From assembly GCF_964213995.1 (NCBI RefSeq), contig NC_135805.1, forward strand, positions 64,480,001 through 64,544,000: a stretch of 64,000 nucleotides of DNA. The letters are read 5' to 3'. Both the position numbers and the translations under genes were made by a program. The number at the start of each line of letters is the position of its first letter. Within the stretch, counting starts at the first letter, position 1. The DNA is from Mustelus asterias (Eukaryota). Below the pieces are notes generated by a model. It was given only the letters and a program-made list of their open reading frames with translations. It did no database searches and was not told the origin of the DNA. Of the stretch, positions 35,059 through 48,879 are shown piece by piece.

Positions 35059-35796
35059 GTACCAGACTAATTACAAAGAAGAAAATTAAGTACAACAATG
35101 CATGGTTTGACAGAGGTTATGGAAAATAGTGTTTCAGCTTTACAAAATACTGTGAAAAGGCAGGTAAAATCATTACCAATGGAATGGGATTCATTAAACT
35201 GACTGGCAGTCAGTCTAATGTATCATGGTCTCAGTGTCTCTATGTGAATTGGTAAGACATTAGAAAGAAAATGAAGGAACCATAAAAATGGAAGTGAAAT
35301 AAATTTTTCAGAAGAAAGTAAAGTAGAAAGGGAGGTGCAATGTTCTGGTCACCTATGTTACCATAATGTGGTATGGTTGGTGCCACACTCACCAGACTGC
35401 AGGTTAGGGAAGGTCACTTCATGTGTATGGATGAGGTTGATGTCACCAATGTTACCATGGGTACACCTTGGGCATTTCACAGAGGAAGGGGAGGTTGAGA
35501 AAAGTTCACATCGTGCTGCTTCCATCAATCAGGATAATGATTTTTACCGGGGCCCGGGATAGCATGAAGATCTGGAACCCCAGGTGGGCTATTCAAATTC
35601 TACAGAGGCTGAGCTCATTTCAATGTCCAAGTTGCTGGGTATTAAGAGAGATCAGAACAAAGGGAATTCCTTCTCCTGATCCCATCCTTTTTAATGTCAC
35701 TGGAATGGTTTGGGATCAATAGAGGTTCAGCTTCAAACAAGACATAACGCAATCTCAAGACAGGGACCCTCGAGGTCACTTGCCCTGTGGTCAAGC

Positions 35797-36435
35797 AGTC
35801 AAGTTTTTAGGTGTCCAGGTCATCAACAACCTGTCCTGGTCCCCCCATGCCGACACTATAGTTAAGAAAGCCCATCAACGCCTCTACTTTCTCAGAAGAC
35901 TAAGGAAATTTGGCATGTCAGCTACTACTCTCACCAACGTTTACAGATGCACCATAGAAAGCATTCTTTCTGGTTGTATCACAGCTTGGTATGGCTCCTG
36001 CTCTGCCCAAGATCACAAGGAACTACAAAAGATTGTGAATGTAGCCCAATCCATCACGCAAACCAGCCTTCCATCCATTGGCACTGTCTACACTTCCCGC
36101 TGCCTCGGCAAAGCAGCCAGCATAATTAAGGACCCCACGCACCCCGGACATTCTCTTTTCCACCTTCTTCCTTCGGGAAAAAGATACAAAAGTCTGAGGT
36201 CACGTACCAATCGACTCAAGAACAGCTTCTTCCCTGCTGCTGTCAGACGTTTGAATGGGCTTACCTTGCATTAAGTTGATCTTTCTCTACACCCTAGCTA
36301 TGACTGTAACACTACATTCTGCACTCTCTCGTTTCCTTCTCTATGAACGGTATGTTTTGTTTGTATAGCATGCAAGAAACAATACTTTTCACTGTATGTT
36401 AATACATGTGACAATAATAAATCAAATCAAATCAA
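35797..36435 (+). mobile_element. Rex1/Babar-clade LINE 3' fragment with (AAATC)n tail
   Basis: KFLGVQVINNLSWS...KKAHQRLYFLRRLRKFG...IESILSGCITAWYG...RLKNSFFPAAVRRLN. Confidence 0.88.
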
Positions 36436-37065
36436 AAAAGGAATATTGCTGGCCCTAATTTCACCCATAGAAAGGAAAGTTATGAAATAATAGTGGCACA
36501 CAGATGAGACTGCTGGGTTGAGTTAAAAAATAATAAGAATTCTGTCAACATTTTGGAAGTACATTATAAACCACTTCATATAATTGGGAAGAAATCGCGG
36601 ATGAGATTTTTGGCATTTACAGTGATAATTATGTGGGTCGGAAAATGAAATATGCAGCACTGGATGCAGCTTTGGGTAGCTCCAGGTGGACAAATATTGA
36701 GGAAATAGTGGCTAAAACCGTAATCGGTTCACATTGAAAACAGACAAAGCAAATGAGGTCCAGGCATAGACTAGATTTCAGAGGGATAGGGAGGGATCTA
36801 GCCCAGACTAATTGGAAAAACGGCTATTCAAAGCATAGGCCGTGGTAGCATCTTAGCTGTAGTGCTGAAGATCTGTGCGTCACTAACTTTTAAACACTTC
36901 CTCAGCCAAACTGCCCCAGTACAAAAAAAAACAGGGCAAATCTAACCCAGCCGATTTTGACAGAGGAAAATGCTGTGGATGCCTGTAAATTTAACAGAGG
37001 AACAGAAAATTTTGGAAATGCTCAGCAGGTCTGGCAGCATCTGTGGAAAGAGAAACAGAGTTAAC

Positions 37066-37192
37066 TGCTGGAATTTTACCATCCCGGCCGCCGTGGGAAT
37101 CGGAGCAGGCGAGGGCAGACCATGGATAGGTCGGTTGGCATCGGACGGCATTTTACGGTTTTGGGACGAGCAAAGCTGTAAAATCCCGCCCA
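37066..37192. mobile_element. Small TIR MITE (ggaatttt...aaaatcccgcc family); related copies at ~39905, 41492, 44275-44403, 52732-52868, 59428-59615
   Basis: Imperfect terminal inverted repeats and an internal palindromic organisation. Confidence 0.6.
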
Positions 37193-37214
37193 ATCTATCA
37201 AGTTATGGCCTTTT

Positions 37215-38600
37215 GTCAGTTGGATGAATCCAGCATCCTGTGTTTCCGCTGCCCATTACTACCAATTATCAACCTCTTACCAACCATTTGGCTCCAGACA
37301 TCATAATCTTAATCCAAACAGGAATACAAAAGATGAATCTCAGGGGAGAGCTTAGAATAGCTGCACTAGATATCAAGGTAGCATTTGACTGAGTGTGATA
37401 TGAAGGAGCCTTCATAAAACTGACTCAATTAAGAAAACCTGGAAAGTTTGCCAATGGCGACAAAGATGAGGGAAAAAGACCTTGTTTATCAAAGGTCAGT
37501 CGTCACAGCCCGAGACATCACTGCAGGGAAATGTCCTAAGTTCAATATTCTTTAGCTGCTTCATCAATGAATTTCTCCACGTCACAAGGTCAGGAAAAAG
37601 GCTGTTTGTTGACAATTCCAGTGCCAAGCTGCATTCAATACTCATCCAGTAATGAAACAGATCATGCCAGCAGATAGCAGAAAGTTGGATAACATGCAGA
37701 CTTGGGTGGATAGGTGACATACAATAGGTGAGCAGCTTGTCCCAAACGAGCATGCTCGCCAGCCAGGCAAAGGGTAAAGTGAGGGGAAAGGCATGGTTGC
37801 GATTGCAGAAGTGGGAATGGTCCAGGGGCAGTGACTCAAATTATTTTTGTGGAACGAATTCTGCTCTTCCTGAGCCTCATTAGTATAACTGAAACATTTC
37901 CCTTATTGGGCCTCCTTTTTTGTGCACAATTGCTAATACTGGTCCTAAGAATGTCTGTGGATTCTGATACATGGATTCTTAAATCTCCTGGTCTCAATCT
38001 GGTAGGATGCCAACAAAATTGCTGATGGGAAGCAAGGAGGGCCAATCTTGAATTTAACTCGTGTACCAGGAGTTACAATTCCCCCTGCTTCAATGGTAAA
38101 CCCACCATCAACAGCTTGGGGATCACTAGTTAGGAGAAGCTGAACTGGACCAGCCATAACTCTATAGCTACAAGAATTAGCAGAGATAGGTATTCTGAGA
38201 TGAATGGCTATTTGCCCAACTCTTGCCTCCCTGCTATTTACAAGGTTTAAGTCACAGTGTGGTGGAATCATCATCACTCACATAAATGGACAGAACCATA
38301 ACATTTAACACCTTTCACTTGACTGATGATTTTGTATTGGAATTAATATCTACCTCTCCTGAACCTCTGCACTGTGGTTCATAAACTGCAGGATTTGCTG
38401 CAACAAGGTTACTTCAGCAGCCCCTCGCTCCCAAAAGGCTTCTATCAAGAGCAACAATGTTGTGGAAACCCCATCATCTCCAACTTGTCCTTCAAGTCAT
38501 ACCCAATCCTGAAATTCCCTAACACTACAGCAAGAATACCATCATGTCACACCTGCTGTGGTTTAAGGAGAGGACCCATTTTTCAGGGCAGCCAGATATC
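37215..38600 (+). mobile_element. Highly degraded CR1/L2-group LINE
   Basis: gcactagatatcaaggtagcatttgac (ALDIKxAFD) and a QGxVL-like motif near 37525. Confidence 0.6.
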
Positions 38601-38989
38601 AGCAATTCTAACCGAGGAACAAATAGCTATCTGTCAGTTCTTAGTACATGTTGCAGTGTCAGTGTACCAACCGACTCATTATACTGTGAGGCATGATTTA
38701 TACTGTGGCGACAGAGGCTTTTGGCTCCAATACAAATTTTGTTGGCTGCAAACTAAAGTTTACAGAGCAATTACACCCTGTTCTACTTGAATTATTGAAG
38801 GGAAGTCAAAACTCAAGACTGACCAGGCATCGTACCAAAAACCTTATCCACTAAAATGGTCAATTTGAATTTGATGTAAACAAATTTTGCTTAATTTATG
38901 GTAACTATACTGAGTATCTTCCAAAACTTGGGTAAATATTCTGTCTAAGAACTCTAGTAGTAAGTTCCTTTAGTAATAGCACTGCTAAG

Positions 38990-41900
38990 AATAAGAACAT
39001 AAGAAATAGGAGCAGGAGTGGACCACATGGCATATTGAGTTTGCTCCGCAATTTAATATGATCATGGCTGATCTTGGGCTTTAACTCCATTTTCCCATCC
39101 GTTCCCCATACCCCTTGATTTCCTAAGAGATCAAAAATCTGTCTATCCCAGCCTTAAACGTATTCAATGATGGAGCAACCCTCTGAGATAGAGAATTCCA
39201 AAGATTCACAACTCTTTGAAATAAGTAATCTCTCCTCATCTCAGTCCTAAATAATAAATCCTTTATCCTGAGACTCTGTGTTTTAGATTCCCCAAACAAT
39301 GGAGACAAACTTTCAAAACACACCCTATTAAACTATTTCAGAATTTTATAGGTTTCAATGAGATCGCCTCTCATTCCTCCAAACTCCTGAGAATATAAGC
39401 CCAATTTACTCAACGACTCTTCATAGGATAAACCCCTCATCCCATGTACCAATTAAATGAATATTTGCTGTACTGCCTCCAATGCAAGTACATCCTTTCT
39501 TAAACATGGAGACCAAAACTGCACTCAGTGCTCCAGATGCAGTTTCACCAAAACCCTGTACAACTGTAGCAAAACATCTTTATTCTTATACGGTAATACC
39601 CTTACAATAAAAGCCAACATGCCATTTGCCTTCCTAATTGCTTGTGTACTTGCATGTTAACTTTCTGTGTTCTTTGTATAAGTACACCAAAGTCTCATGA
39701 TGTCAACGTTTCTCACCGTTTTCAAAGTATTCTGCTTTTTTATTCATTCAAAAGTGAACAACTCTACAGTTCCCTATATTACATTCCATCTGCCATCTTG
39801 TTATCTGCTCACCTGACCTGTACATCTCTTTACAGCCCGTGTCCCCGCCTTCAGCTTACCTTTCCACTCAGCTTGGTATCATCAAATTTTAATACGTTAC
39901 ACACTGGGTGGGAAAGTCCAGTCTCAACTGTGGTGGGACTCGTTGCAAGAGAGAATGGCAAATTTGGCATTCCAACCAAAACTCCATTCACTTTCAACGA
40001 CACTGGAAAATACCAGCTGTTTAAAGTTTATTTATTAGTGTCACAAGTAGGCTTACATTCACACTGCAATGAGGTTACTGTGAAAATCCCCTAGTCGCCA
40101 CACTCCGGCGCCTGTTCGGGTACACTGAGGGAGAATTTAGCATGGCCAATGCACCTAACCAGCACATCTTCCAGACTGTGGGAGGAAACCGGAGCAACTG
40201 GAGGAAACCCACGGGGAGAACATACAGACTCCGCACAGACAGTGGCCCAAGCCAGGAGTCGAACCCAGGTCCCTGGTGCTGTGAGGCAGCAGTGCTAACC
40301 ACTGTGCCACCGTGCTGCCCAGACAGAAAAGTTTCGTCTCAGTCTCTTCATCCAAGTCATTAATATAGATTGTAAATGGCTGAAGCCCCAGCGCTGATTC
40401 TTGTGGCATTCCACGACTCACTGCCTACCAACTTAAAAAGATCTGCTTATGCCCATTCTGTTTTCTATAAGTTAATCAATCCTCGATACATGCTAACACA
40501 TGCGGCACAGTGGTTAGCACTGCTGCCTCACAGAGCCAGGGACCCGGGTTCAATTCCCGGCTTCGGTCACTGTCTGTGTGGAGTCACCACATTCTCCCTG
40601 TGTCTGCATGGACTTCCTCCGGGTGTTCTGGTTTCCTCCCACAGTCTGAAAGACGTGCTGGTTGGGTGCATTGGCCATGTTAAATTCTCCCTCAGTGTAC
40701 CCGAACAGGCGACGGAGTGCGGCGACTATGGGATTTGCACAGTAACTTCATTGCAGTGCTAATGTAAGCCTACTTGTGATGATAATTAATAAATAAATAA
40801 TTTGCACCAAACTCAATGAGCCCTTTTCTTACCTATTAACCTTTTGTGTGATATCTTATTGATTGCCTTTTGGAAATCCTGATGTGCTACATCTCCTGGT
40901 TCTCTAACTGCCCCATCAGTTACATACTCAAAACATTCTAATGAATTTGTCAAACAGGTTTTCCCTTTAGTAAAACCGTGTTGACTAGTTCTCAGCATAC
41001 TATGCTTTTCTAAGTGTATTGTTAAAATTACTGTAATAATAGATTTCAGCATTTTCCCAATAACTGATGTTAGATTAAGTGGCCTGTGGTTCACTGTTTT
41101 TTCTCCAGGCACATTCTTGAAAAGCTGTGTAACATTTTCCAACTTCTAATCCAGTGGGACCACTCCTGAAAACAAGGGATTTTGGAAAATCATAGCGACC
41201 ACATCCATAGAATCACTACAGTGCAAAGGGGGCCATTTGGCCCATTGAATCTCCGCAGATTCTTCAAAAGAGGATCTTTATCCAAGTCCACCTCCCCTTT
41301 AATCCTGCGTATTTAGCCTGGCTAATCCACTAGCTCGCACATCTTTGGACTGTGGGAGAAAACCAGAGGAAACCCACACAGAGACGGGGGAACATGTAAA
41401 CAACAGACGGACAGTCACCTGAGGCTGGAATCGAATCCAGGTCCCTGGCGCTGAGGCAGCAGTGCTAACCACTGTACCACCCTTAGGCATTGGATAGGGT
41501 TTTCTGGTCCTGCCTGCCATGAAACTGGAAATTTCCACCCTAAGTCAATGGAACTTTTGCTACTTTGTCAAATCTTCTGTCTTGCCTGTGCCAATTCAGC
41601 CGGCAGGACTGGAAAACTTAGGCCACTATCTCTGCAGCTATTTCTTTTAGAGCCCGAGGGTGTAGGCAAACTGGTCCAGGGGATTTGTCGGATTTTAGTT
41701 CCTAAAATTTCTCCAATGTTTTGTCTCTGCTGATATTAATTTCCCTAATTTTCTCACTCTGTTTAGACCCTCGGTTATTTCTGGTATGGAACTTGTGTCT
41801 GCCACTGTGAAGAGAAAGTATTTGTTCATTGCCTCCGCCATTACCTCACTCCCCATGATCATTTCTCCTAACAGACCAACATTTACTTTAGCTACTTTCT

Positions 41901-42300
41901 TCCTTCTTGTACACTTATAACAGTTTTTTCAATCCATTTTCATATCCTTGGCTAGTTTATTCTTATTCTATATTTCCCATTTGATACATTTTTGGTGGTC
42001 CTTCACTGGTTTCAAAAACACTCCCAATCCTCAGACTTGCTACTTTTTTTTGCAAAATTGTAAGCCTCTTCTTTTAATCTAACACTTTTAATCTAAATTT
42101 AATTTCCTGCCTGAGCCATGGAAGGATCTAACTTGTTGAGTTTTTGTTATACAGTGCAATGTATTTTTGTTGAACATTTTGAATCATCTCTTTAAATGTT
42201 TCCCACTGCTCATTTGACTACATACTTTGTAGTCTATTTACCCAATTAACTGCAGCCAGTTCTCTCCTCATATCTATGTAATTGTCTTTGTTTAAGTTTA
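38990..42300 (-). mobile_element. Long degraded CR1 ORF2 with nested SINEs (40020-40320 -, 40502-40800 +, 41208-41482 -) and MITEs
   Basis: ORF 40813-41142 reads NVTQLFK...NHRPLNLTSVIGK...SQHGFTKGKTCLTN...DFQKA. Tail taagaacataagaaatagga at ~38991. Confidence 0.85.
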
Positions 42301-42401
42301 AGAGTTTTTTGTGCATGTTGCTGAAAACATAGAATTTTTGTTGAAGCTAATCAGGAGAATTTGCAAGAATTTCAAATGTAATGGGAACAACAAGGGAGTT
42401 A

Positions 42402-42737
42402 TGGTGGCACATGGTTAGCACTGCTACCTCACAGCTCCAGGGACCTGGGTTTGATTCCTGGCTTGGGTGACTATCTGTGTGGAGTTTGCACGTTCTCCCT
42501 GTGTCTGCATGGGTTTCCTTCAGGTGTTCCGATTTCCCCCCACAGTCCAAAGATGTGTGGGTTAGGTGCATCTGTCACGCTAAATTGTCCCTTAGTGTCC
42601 TGGGATGCGTAGGCTAGAGGGATTAGTGAGGTAAATGTGTGAGGTTGCGGGGATAGGCCCTGGGTGGGATTGTTGTCAGTGCAGACTTGATGGGCCGAAT
42701 GGCCTCCTTCTGGACTGTTGGATTCTATGATTCTATG
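42402..42737 (+). mobile_element. HE1-type SINE, CR1-like (ATTCTATG) tail
   Basis: Homology to the other copies; ends gattctatgattctatga. Confidence 0.88.
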
Positions 42738-42962
42738 AACAATGTATATATTTTTTTCATTCATTCATGGGATGTGGGCATTGTTGGCTAGGTCAGTATT
42801 CATCGTTCATCCCTAATTGCTCTTGAGAAAGTGCTGCGAGTTGCCTTCCTGAACCGCTGCAGTCCACGTAGTGTAGGTACACGCACGGAGGGAGTTCCAG
42901 GATATTGACTCAGTGACAGTGAAGGAACAGAGATATATTTCCAAGTCAGGATGGTGAGTGCC

Positions 42963-43345
42963 TTTTTAAAATTCATTCATGAGACATGAGTGTCGCTGTC
43001 TGACCAGCATTTATTGCCCATCCCTAGCCACCCTTGAATCGAGTGGCTTGCTAGGCCATTTCAAAGGGCAGTTGAGAGTCAACCGTATTGCTGTGACTTT
43101 GGAATCACATGTAGGCCAAAACAGGATGGCAAATTTCCTTCCTTAAAGTACATTAGTGAACCAGATGGGTTTTCTATCGACAATGGTTTCATGGTCATCA
43201 GTAGATACTTAATTCCAGATTTTTAAAATTAAATTCAAATTCCACCAGCTGCCGTGGAGGGATTCGAACCCCAGTCCCCAGAACATTAGCTGAGTTTCTG
43301 GATTAATAGTCTAGCAATAATATCACTCGGCTATTGCCTCCCCTA
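42963..43345 (-). mobile_element. tRNA-derived SINE family B, inserted in a LINE 3' fragment (42755-43570)
   Basis: Closely similar to 8430-8788. Confidence 0.8.
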
Positions 43346-43584
43346 AGTGTCCTTTAGGAACCGGCCAGCTCGGTTAGGGCTGGGTTTGCCGTTGTTGTTT
43401 CCAGTGCCTAGGTCAATGTTGGGTGGTTCATCGATGTTGCGATTTGGTACAACTGAGTGATTTACTAGGCCATTTCAGTGAGCAGTTAAGAATCCACCAC
43501 ACTGCTGTGGGTCTGGAGTCACATGCAGGCTAGACCATGGCAGATTTCCTTCCCTGGAGGATATTAGTAGGTATGTATGAGAAT

Positions 43585-43905
43585 AGAGTGCTGATTGGTT
43601 GGCAAATGGACTCTGATTGATAGAAGCATTGGCATGGAGAATACATGAAACTTAAACCAGGCAACCTCACTCGGATTGGTCAAGGCATTGCTTGGTTTAA
43701 ATTTCCAACAATGCTCGACAGTTGCATCAACTGCATTCTCCATGGAAGCAGTTCTATCAAGCAGAGCTCACTTGCCGAACAATCAGCACTCTCTTCTCTA
43801 TATAGCATAAGTTGTTGTTCCCTTTACATTTGATATTCTTGTGAATTGTCCTGATGAGTGCAAGATGAAAAGCTTTGACAAAAATGTCTCTTTTTTCAGC
43901 AATAC
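43585..43905 (+). mobile_element. Non-coding element: long imperfect hairpin plus minimal hammerhead (Penelope-derived or retrozyme-like)
   Basis: Inverted repeat 43585-43792 and TTGTC CTGATGA GTGCAAGAT GAAA AGCTTT GACAA at 43846-43881. Confidence 0.65.
43846..43881 (+). ncRNA. Minimal type I hammerhead ribozyme motif
   Basis: Intact CUGAUGA and GAAA core, 5-bp stem I (UUGUC/GACAA), and a palindromic AAGCUU stem III. Confidence 0.65.
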
Positions 43906-44715
43906 TCTGTGCTACCCAACAACAAATTTTGTTTCCATTAAATCGCTCAATCACGAGCCGTATGCGTAGGTGTTTCTCTTCCTGCCCTCCTCCCTCCAGT
44001 TACTCTGTCAACTACCCAACTAACAAATGATCATTTGGCTGCGACTGGAACAACCCAACAACCCAGTGAAGCATCCCAACGTCAGATGAGATTTAGGTTG
44101 GATTTGGGGATCTAGGCCAGTCTTGGAATCCTCAGCTGATTTAGCAATACTTTGTGCTTTCAGTCTTCGCTCTCATAAAAGTTGCCTCCGTTTAGCAGGT
44201 TTTGGTATTTTGAATCGATCATCAATCAATAAAATGTGCGTCGCTTTTAAAATTGCTTGAAGCCGAAACACTAGAGGGCGGAATTTTCTCTTCCCGCCCG
44301 CCACAGGAATCATGGCAGGCGGGACCATGGACCATGCAAAGATCCGTTGACCTCAGGTAGGATTTTCCGGCCTTGGGGCGAATGCGGCCGGAAAATCCCA
44401 CCACAGGTCTTTTATAACAAAACTACTAATATATCCAAACAAATAGGACAGACATTAAAATAAAATGAATTTATCCATCTGCAGATAGACATTGATCATT
44501 GGCACCATTGTAAATCACATCAGAACAATATCCAGGTTTTTCCATAATTTAGTACAAATTTATGAAGAGTCAACTTGATTTATTTCTTGTTCCTTTGAGA
44601 TTTACCTCGTCAGGAATATCTTGAAAATGGCATAAAAAATCCGGGAGCAAAAAAGCCTGCAGTGAATATTTTACTGTTATCAGTCTAATATAAAGACTAT
44701 AACCTCTCAGCATAC

Positions 44716-44834
44716 CTTTGGCTCTGATTTTCCAGTTATCTTTTTCAGTAGTTCGTTTAGGTGGTTCCAGTTACCTTGTGAGTACCAGCCAGGTTGCTCT
44801 AACGAGGGAAGTGGCTCCCTTTCTTCATCATTAA
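44716..44834 (-). CDS. NT5DC1: NT5DC1 internal coding exon (phase 1 in, phase 0 out): xNDEEREPLPSLEQPGWYSQGNWNHLNELLKKITGKSEPK
   Basis: Acceptor tttattcacag and donor AAG|gtatg. The peptide matches recalled human NT5DC1 ENDEEQEALPSLDKPGWYSQGNAVHLYELLKKMTGKPEPK. Length 119 nt; splices in frame to the next exon. Confidence 0.95.
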
Positions 44835-44999
44835 CTGTGAATAAATTAAACAAGTTCATCAAAAAGGCTTCACATTTTCCTCATTAATTTGAATAATAAA
44901 TATCACCAACATTAGAAAAGCATTCTGTATCTTGTAGACGGTTTAAGTGCCTTTTGTCTCTGCATTCCGTTCTATTTTTGTTTTTCCACTCCACACAAT

Positions 45000-45610
45000 T
45001 AGAGTCATAGAGGTTTACAGCATGGAAACAGGCCCTTCAGCCCAACTTGCCCATGCCGCCCTTTTTTTAAACCCCTAAGCTAATCCCAATTGCCCACATT
45101 TGGCCCATATCCCTCTATACCCATTTTACCCATGTAACTGTCTAAATGCTTTTTAAAAGACAAAATTGTACCTGCCTCTACTACTATCTCTGGCAGCTTG
45201 TGCTAGACACTCACCACCCTGTGTGTGAAAAAATTGCCTCTCTGGACACTTTTGTATCTCTCCCCTCTCACCTTAAACCTATGCCCTCTCGTTTTAGACT
45301 CCCCTACCTTTGGGAAAAGATATTGACTATCTAGCTGACCTATGCCCCTCATTATTTTATAGACCTCTATATGATCACCCCTCAGCCTCCTACGCTCCAG
45401 AGAAAAAAGTCCCAGTCTATCCAGCCTCTCCTCATAACTCAATCCATCAAGTCCCGGTAGGATCCTAATAAATCTTTTCTGCACTCTTTCTAGTTAATAA
45501 TAATATCCTTTCTATAATAGGGTGACCACAACTGTACACAGTATTCCAAGTGTGGCCTTACCAATGTATTGTACAGCTTCAACAAGACGTCCCAACTCCT
45601 GTATTCAATT
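45000..45610 (-). mobile_element. CR1 3' fragment
   Basis: ORF 45203-45484 reads QKRFIRILPGL...LERRRLRGDHIEVYK. Confidence 0.9.
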
Positions 45611-47039
45611 CTCACTTGAGAGAAGAAATTCTCTAAGCATTACAACTATGGAGTCTGATCTCTTCAGAATGCTGCTCCACAAATGTAGCATTCTGTTTGC
45701 ATAACTGGTGGGATAGGTTTGTTAACTATATTGTCCTACATTTCAGACCTGGAACTCTTAGAAACCTGCAGCCCATTGACTATCAAGATGTGGCCATCAC
45801 CAACCACTCTTCCCGTATCTACCCCTTTTAGGATTCTGAAGAGAGCGTTCTCTCTGGGACACCTTGGTCCACTGCCCAACATTGCCTTCATTTCATAAAG
45901 CATCTTTTCAAGCATCCCACCATCAAAGGTCAAGAACACTCTTTCCAGGAGAAACAGATTTAGTTGCGCTCCTTCCAAATAATGAGACTTTATTTACTGC
46001 TCAGGATGCAGCTTGCTGCGCATTGGGATGGCCAAAAGCATAACCTAAACATTCCAAAGAGCCATAGAACCCCTACAGTGCAGAAAGAGGCCATTTGGCC
46101 CATCGAGTCTGCACCAACTCTCTGAATGAGCATCCCACCCAGGCCTTCCCCGTAACTCTGTGTATTCCCCACGGCTAATTCATCTAATATACACATCTTT
46201 GGACACTAAGGGGGAATTTAGCATGGCCAATCTCCCCCCTCTCTCCCAAAATTATTCAACCCTCTGTTTCTCTCTCCACAGGTGCTGCCAGACCTGGTAA
46301 GTTTTTTCTACATTTTCTGTTTTTATTTCAGATTTCCTGAACTGCAGTACTTTGCTCCTGTACTGGAGGATGGATAACCTGCTCTGTAGCTTCTGTCAAT
46401 GTTGCATCGTAACTAGCTTGCAGGATTTATGCCAAGGGTGACATTTCCTGACTCTCCTTTGCTCCATGTGAGGAGGTGGTGCCTGCTTCAAATCACCACT
46501 TCATTATAATAATACATTTAAGGACAGGCAGGTGTGACTCCACATCTGTTTCATGTCACAGCACTCTGTAAATGTAACAGCCCCTGGTATTGTGTCAGCT
46601 GTGTACTGATAGTTCCAGAAAAGAAAGTCATGTCTACAGATGTACACAGTGCTCCCAAAATTTCAATATTAATAAAGTAACCGTGGGTCTTTTCTAAAAC
46701 CAACAAAACACTAAATTTCTTTTTTAAGACATCTTGATTGTTAAACGACATTCATTTACTATGCAAGATTAAAGATCCTTGTTTCAAAATAACTATCTTG
46801 TAACCATTTTATTAATGCAGAATGATAAAATGGGTACTAACTGAAGATACATTTGCATTTCACCTCTTCCTCCACCAGGTGAACATAATGTATAAATAAA
46901 AATCTATTAATTCAGTGAGAAAGCCGGCACAAATAAAAGTTTATGATAAACTCCTCAGGGTCAGCTGCAGAATTTTAAGAAATTTGTCAAAATATCCCAA
47001 TCATTGTTTGCAGAGAGAGAATCAAATGCAGTGATATAT

Positions 47040-47550
47040 ATGACTCTCACCAACCTACAGGATCACCGTAGAAAGCATCCTTTCTGGATTTCTCACAGCT
47101 TGGTATGGCCCCTGCATTTGTGGTAATAGCATTCTGACCAAGACCGCAGGAAACTACAAAGGGTTGTATATGTAGCCCAGTCCACCACACAAACCTACCT
47201 CCTGTCCATTGACTCCATCTACATTCCCGGCTGCCTCAGGAAAGCAGCCAGCATAATCAAGGACCCCACGCACTCCAGACATACTCTTCCATTCGGTTGA
47301 GATCACACACCAACCAACTCAAGAACAGCTGCTTCCCTACTGCCAACAGACTTTTGAATGGACCTACCATATGTTAAGCTGATCTTTCTCTTCACCCTAT
47401 CTGTAACTGCAACACTGTATTCTGCACCCTCTCCTTTATTTCCCCCTAGTACTCTAGGAACGGTATGCTTTGTCTGTAACAGCTCGCAAGAAATAATACT
47501 TCTCACTGTATCCAGTACGTGACAATACATCAATTCAATTCAGTTCAATA
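47040..47550 (+). mobile_element. Rex1/Babar 3' fragment, degraded
   Basis: Homologous to 35797-36435. Confidence 0.8.
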
Positions 47551-47569
47551 AAACAAAATCCCTCCTATA

Positions 47570-48870
47570 AATGTAGAAATAAGAAATAGAAGCAGGAGCA
47601 AGACATAATCCCTCAAGGCCGCTTCACCATTCAATACATCATTGCTGATCACAGACCTGAACTGCACTTGCCTGCCCACTCCACTATCTCTCAATTCCCT
47701 GAGAAGCTAAAGAAACCCCTGCCTATCTCAGGTTGTAAATATTTTCAACAATAGAGCATTAACCCTGTAGGATAGCGAATTCTGAAGATTCACAAGCCTC
47801 TCAGTGAAAACACTTCTCCTCATTTTAGTCCTAAATGATCAGCCCTTTAATTTGGAGCTGTGCCTGCTTGCTCTCAATTCCGCAGTCAGTGAAAATAATC
47901 TGTATGTTTCAATGAGTTCTCATTCTTCCAAACTCGAGAGCATCAGCTCCACTGACTTAGCCCCTCATCGTAGGGCAACCCGCGCATGCCAGGAACCAAT
48001 CTGGTTTGCTGTACTACCTCCAATGCAAGTACCTCCTTCTTTAAAAATGGAGATCAAAGTTGCACACAGTACTCCAAGTACGGTCTCACCAAGACCCTGT
48101 ACAAGGGTACCAAGACTTCCTTATTCTTGTACTCCAATCACCTCGCAATAAAGACCAAACGTGTCATCTGCCTTCATAATTGCTTGTTTTACCTGCATGC
48201 CAACTTTTTGTGTTTCTTGTACAAGTACACGTCTCCCTGAATATAAACATTAACAAGTTTCACACCTTTTAAGTATTCGGTTTTCTATTCTTACAATAAA
48301 ATGAATAACCCCACATTCACCCTCATTATATTCCAGCTTATTGCTCACACATGTGCCCTGTTCATGTCTCTTGTTTGTGTCCTCCTTACAGCTCATACTT
48401 CACCCTAGTTTTGGATCATCATTAAACTTAGATACATTATTTTTGATCTCTTCATCCAAGTCATAAATACAAATTACAAATAGCTGAGGTTCTAGCACCG
48501 CTCCATGTGGCACTCCATCAGTCACAGCCTGCAAACCTGAACTTGCCCCCTTTATCTCTACACTCTGATTACTGTCCTTTAATCAATCTTCTATCCATAT
48601 TCCTCCCGACTCCACGAGCCCACATCTTGTGTATTACCCTTTTGTGTGGCACCTTGTTAATGCCTTTTGGAAATCCAAATATATCACAGCTACTGGTTCC
48701 CCTTTATCCACCTTACTTATTATATCCTCAAAAACTGGAATACATTTGTCAAACAAGATTTCCCTTTCATAAAATCACGCTGACTTTCTCTGAACATATT
48801 ATGAATTTCTTAGTGCACTGCTGAGACTTCCTTAATAAGAGATTTCAGCATTTTCTCAACAACATTTGCT
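47570..48870 (-). mobile_element. Degraded CR1 ORF2 3' part
   Basis: Homologous to 38990-41150. Confidence 0.78.
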
Positions 48871-48879
48871 ACATTCCGA

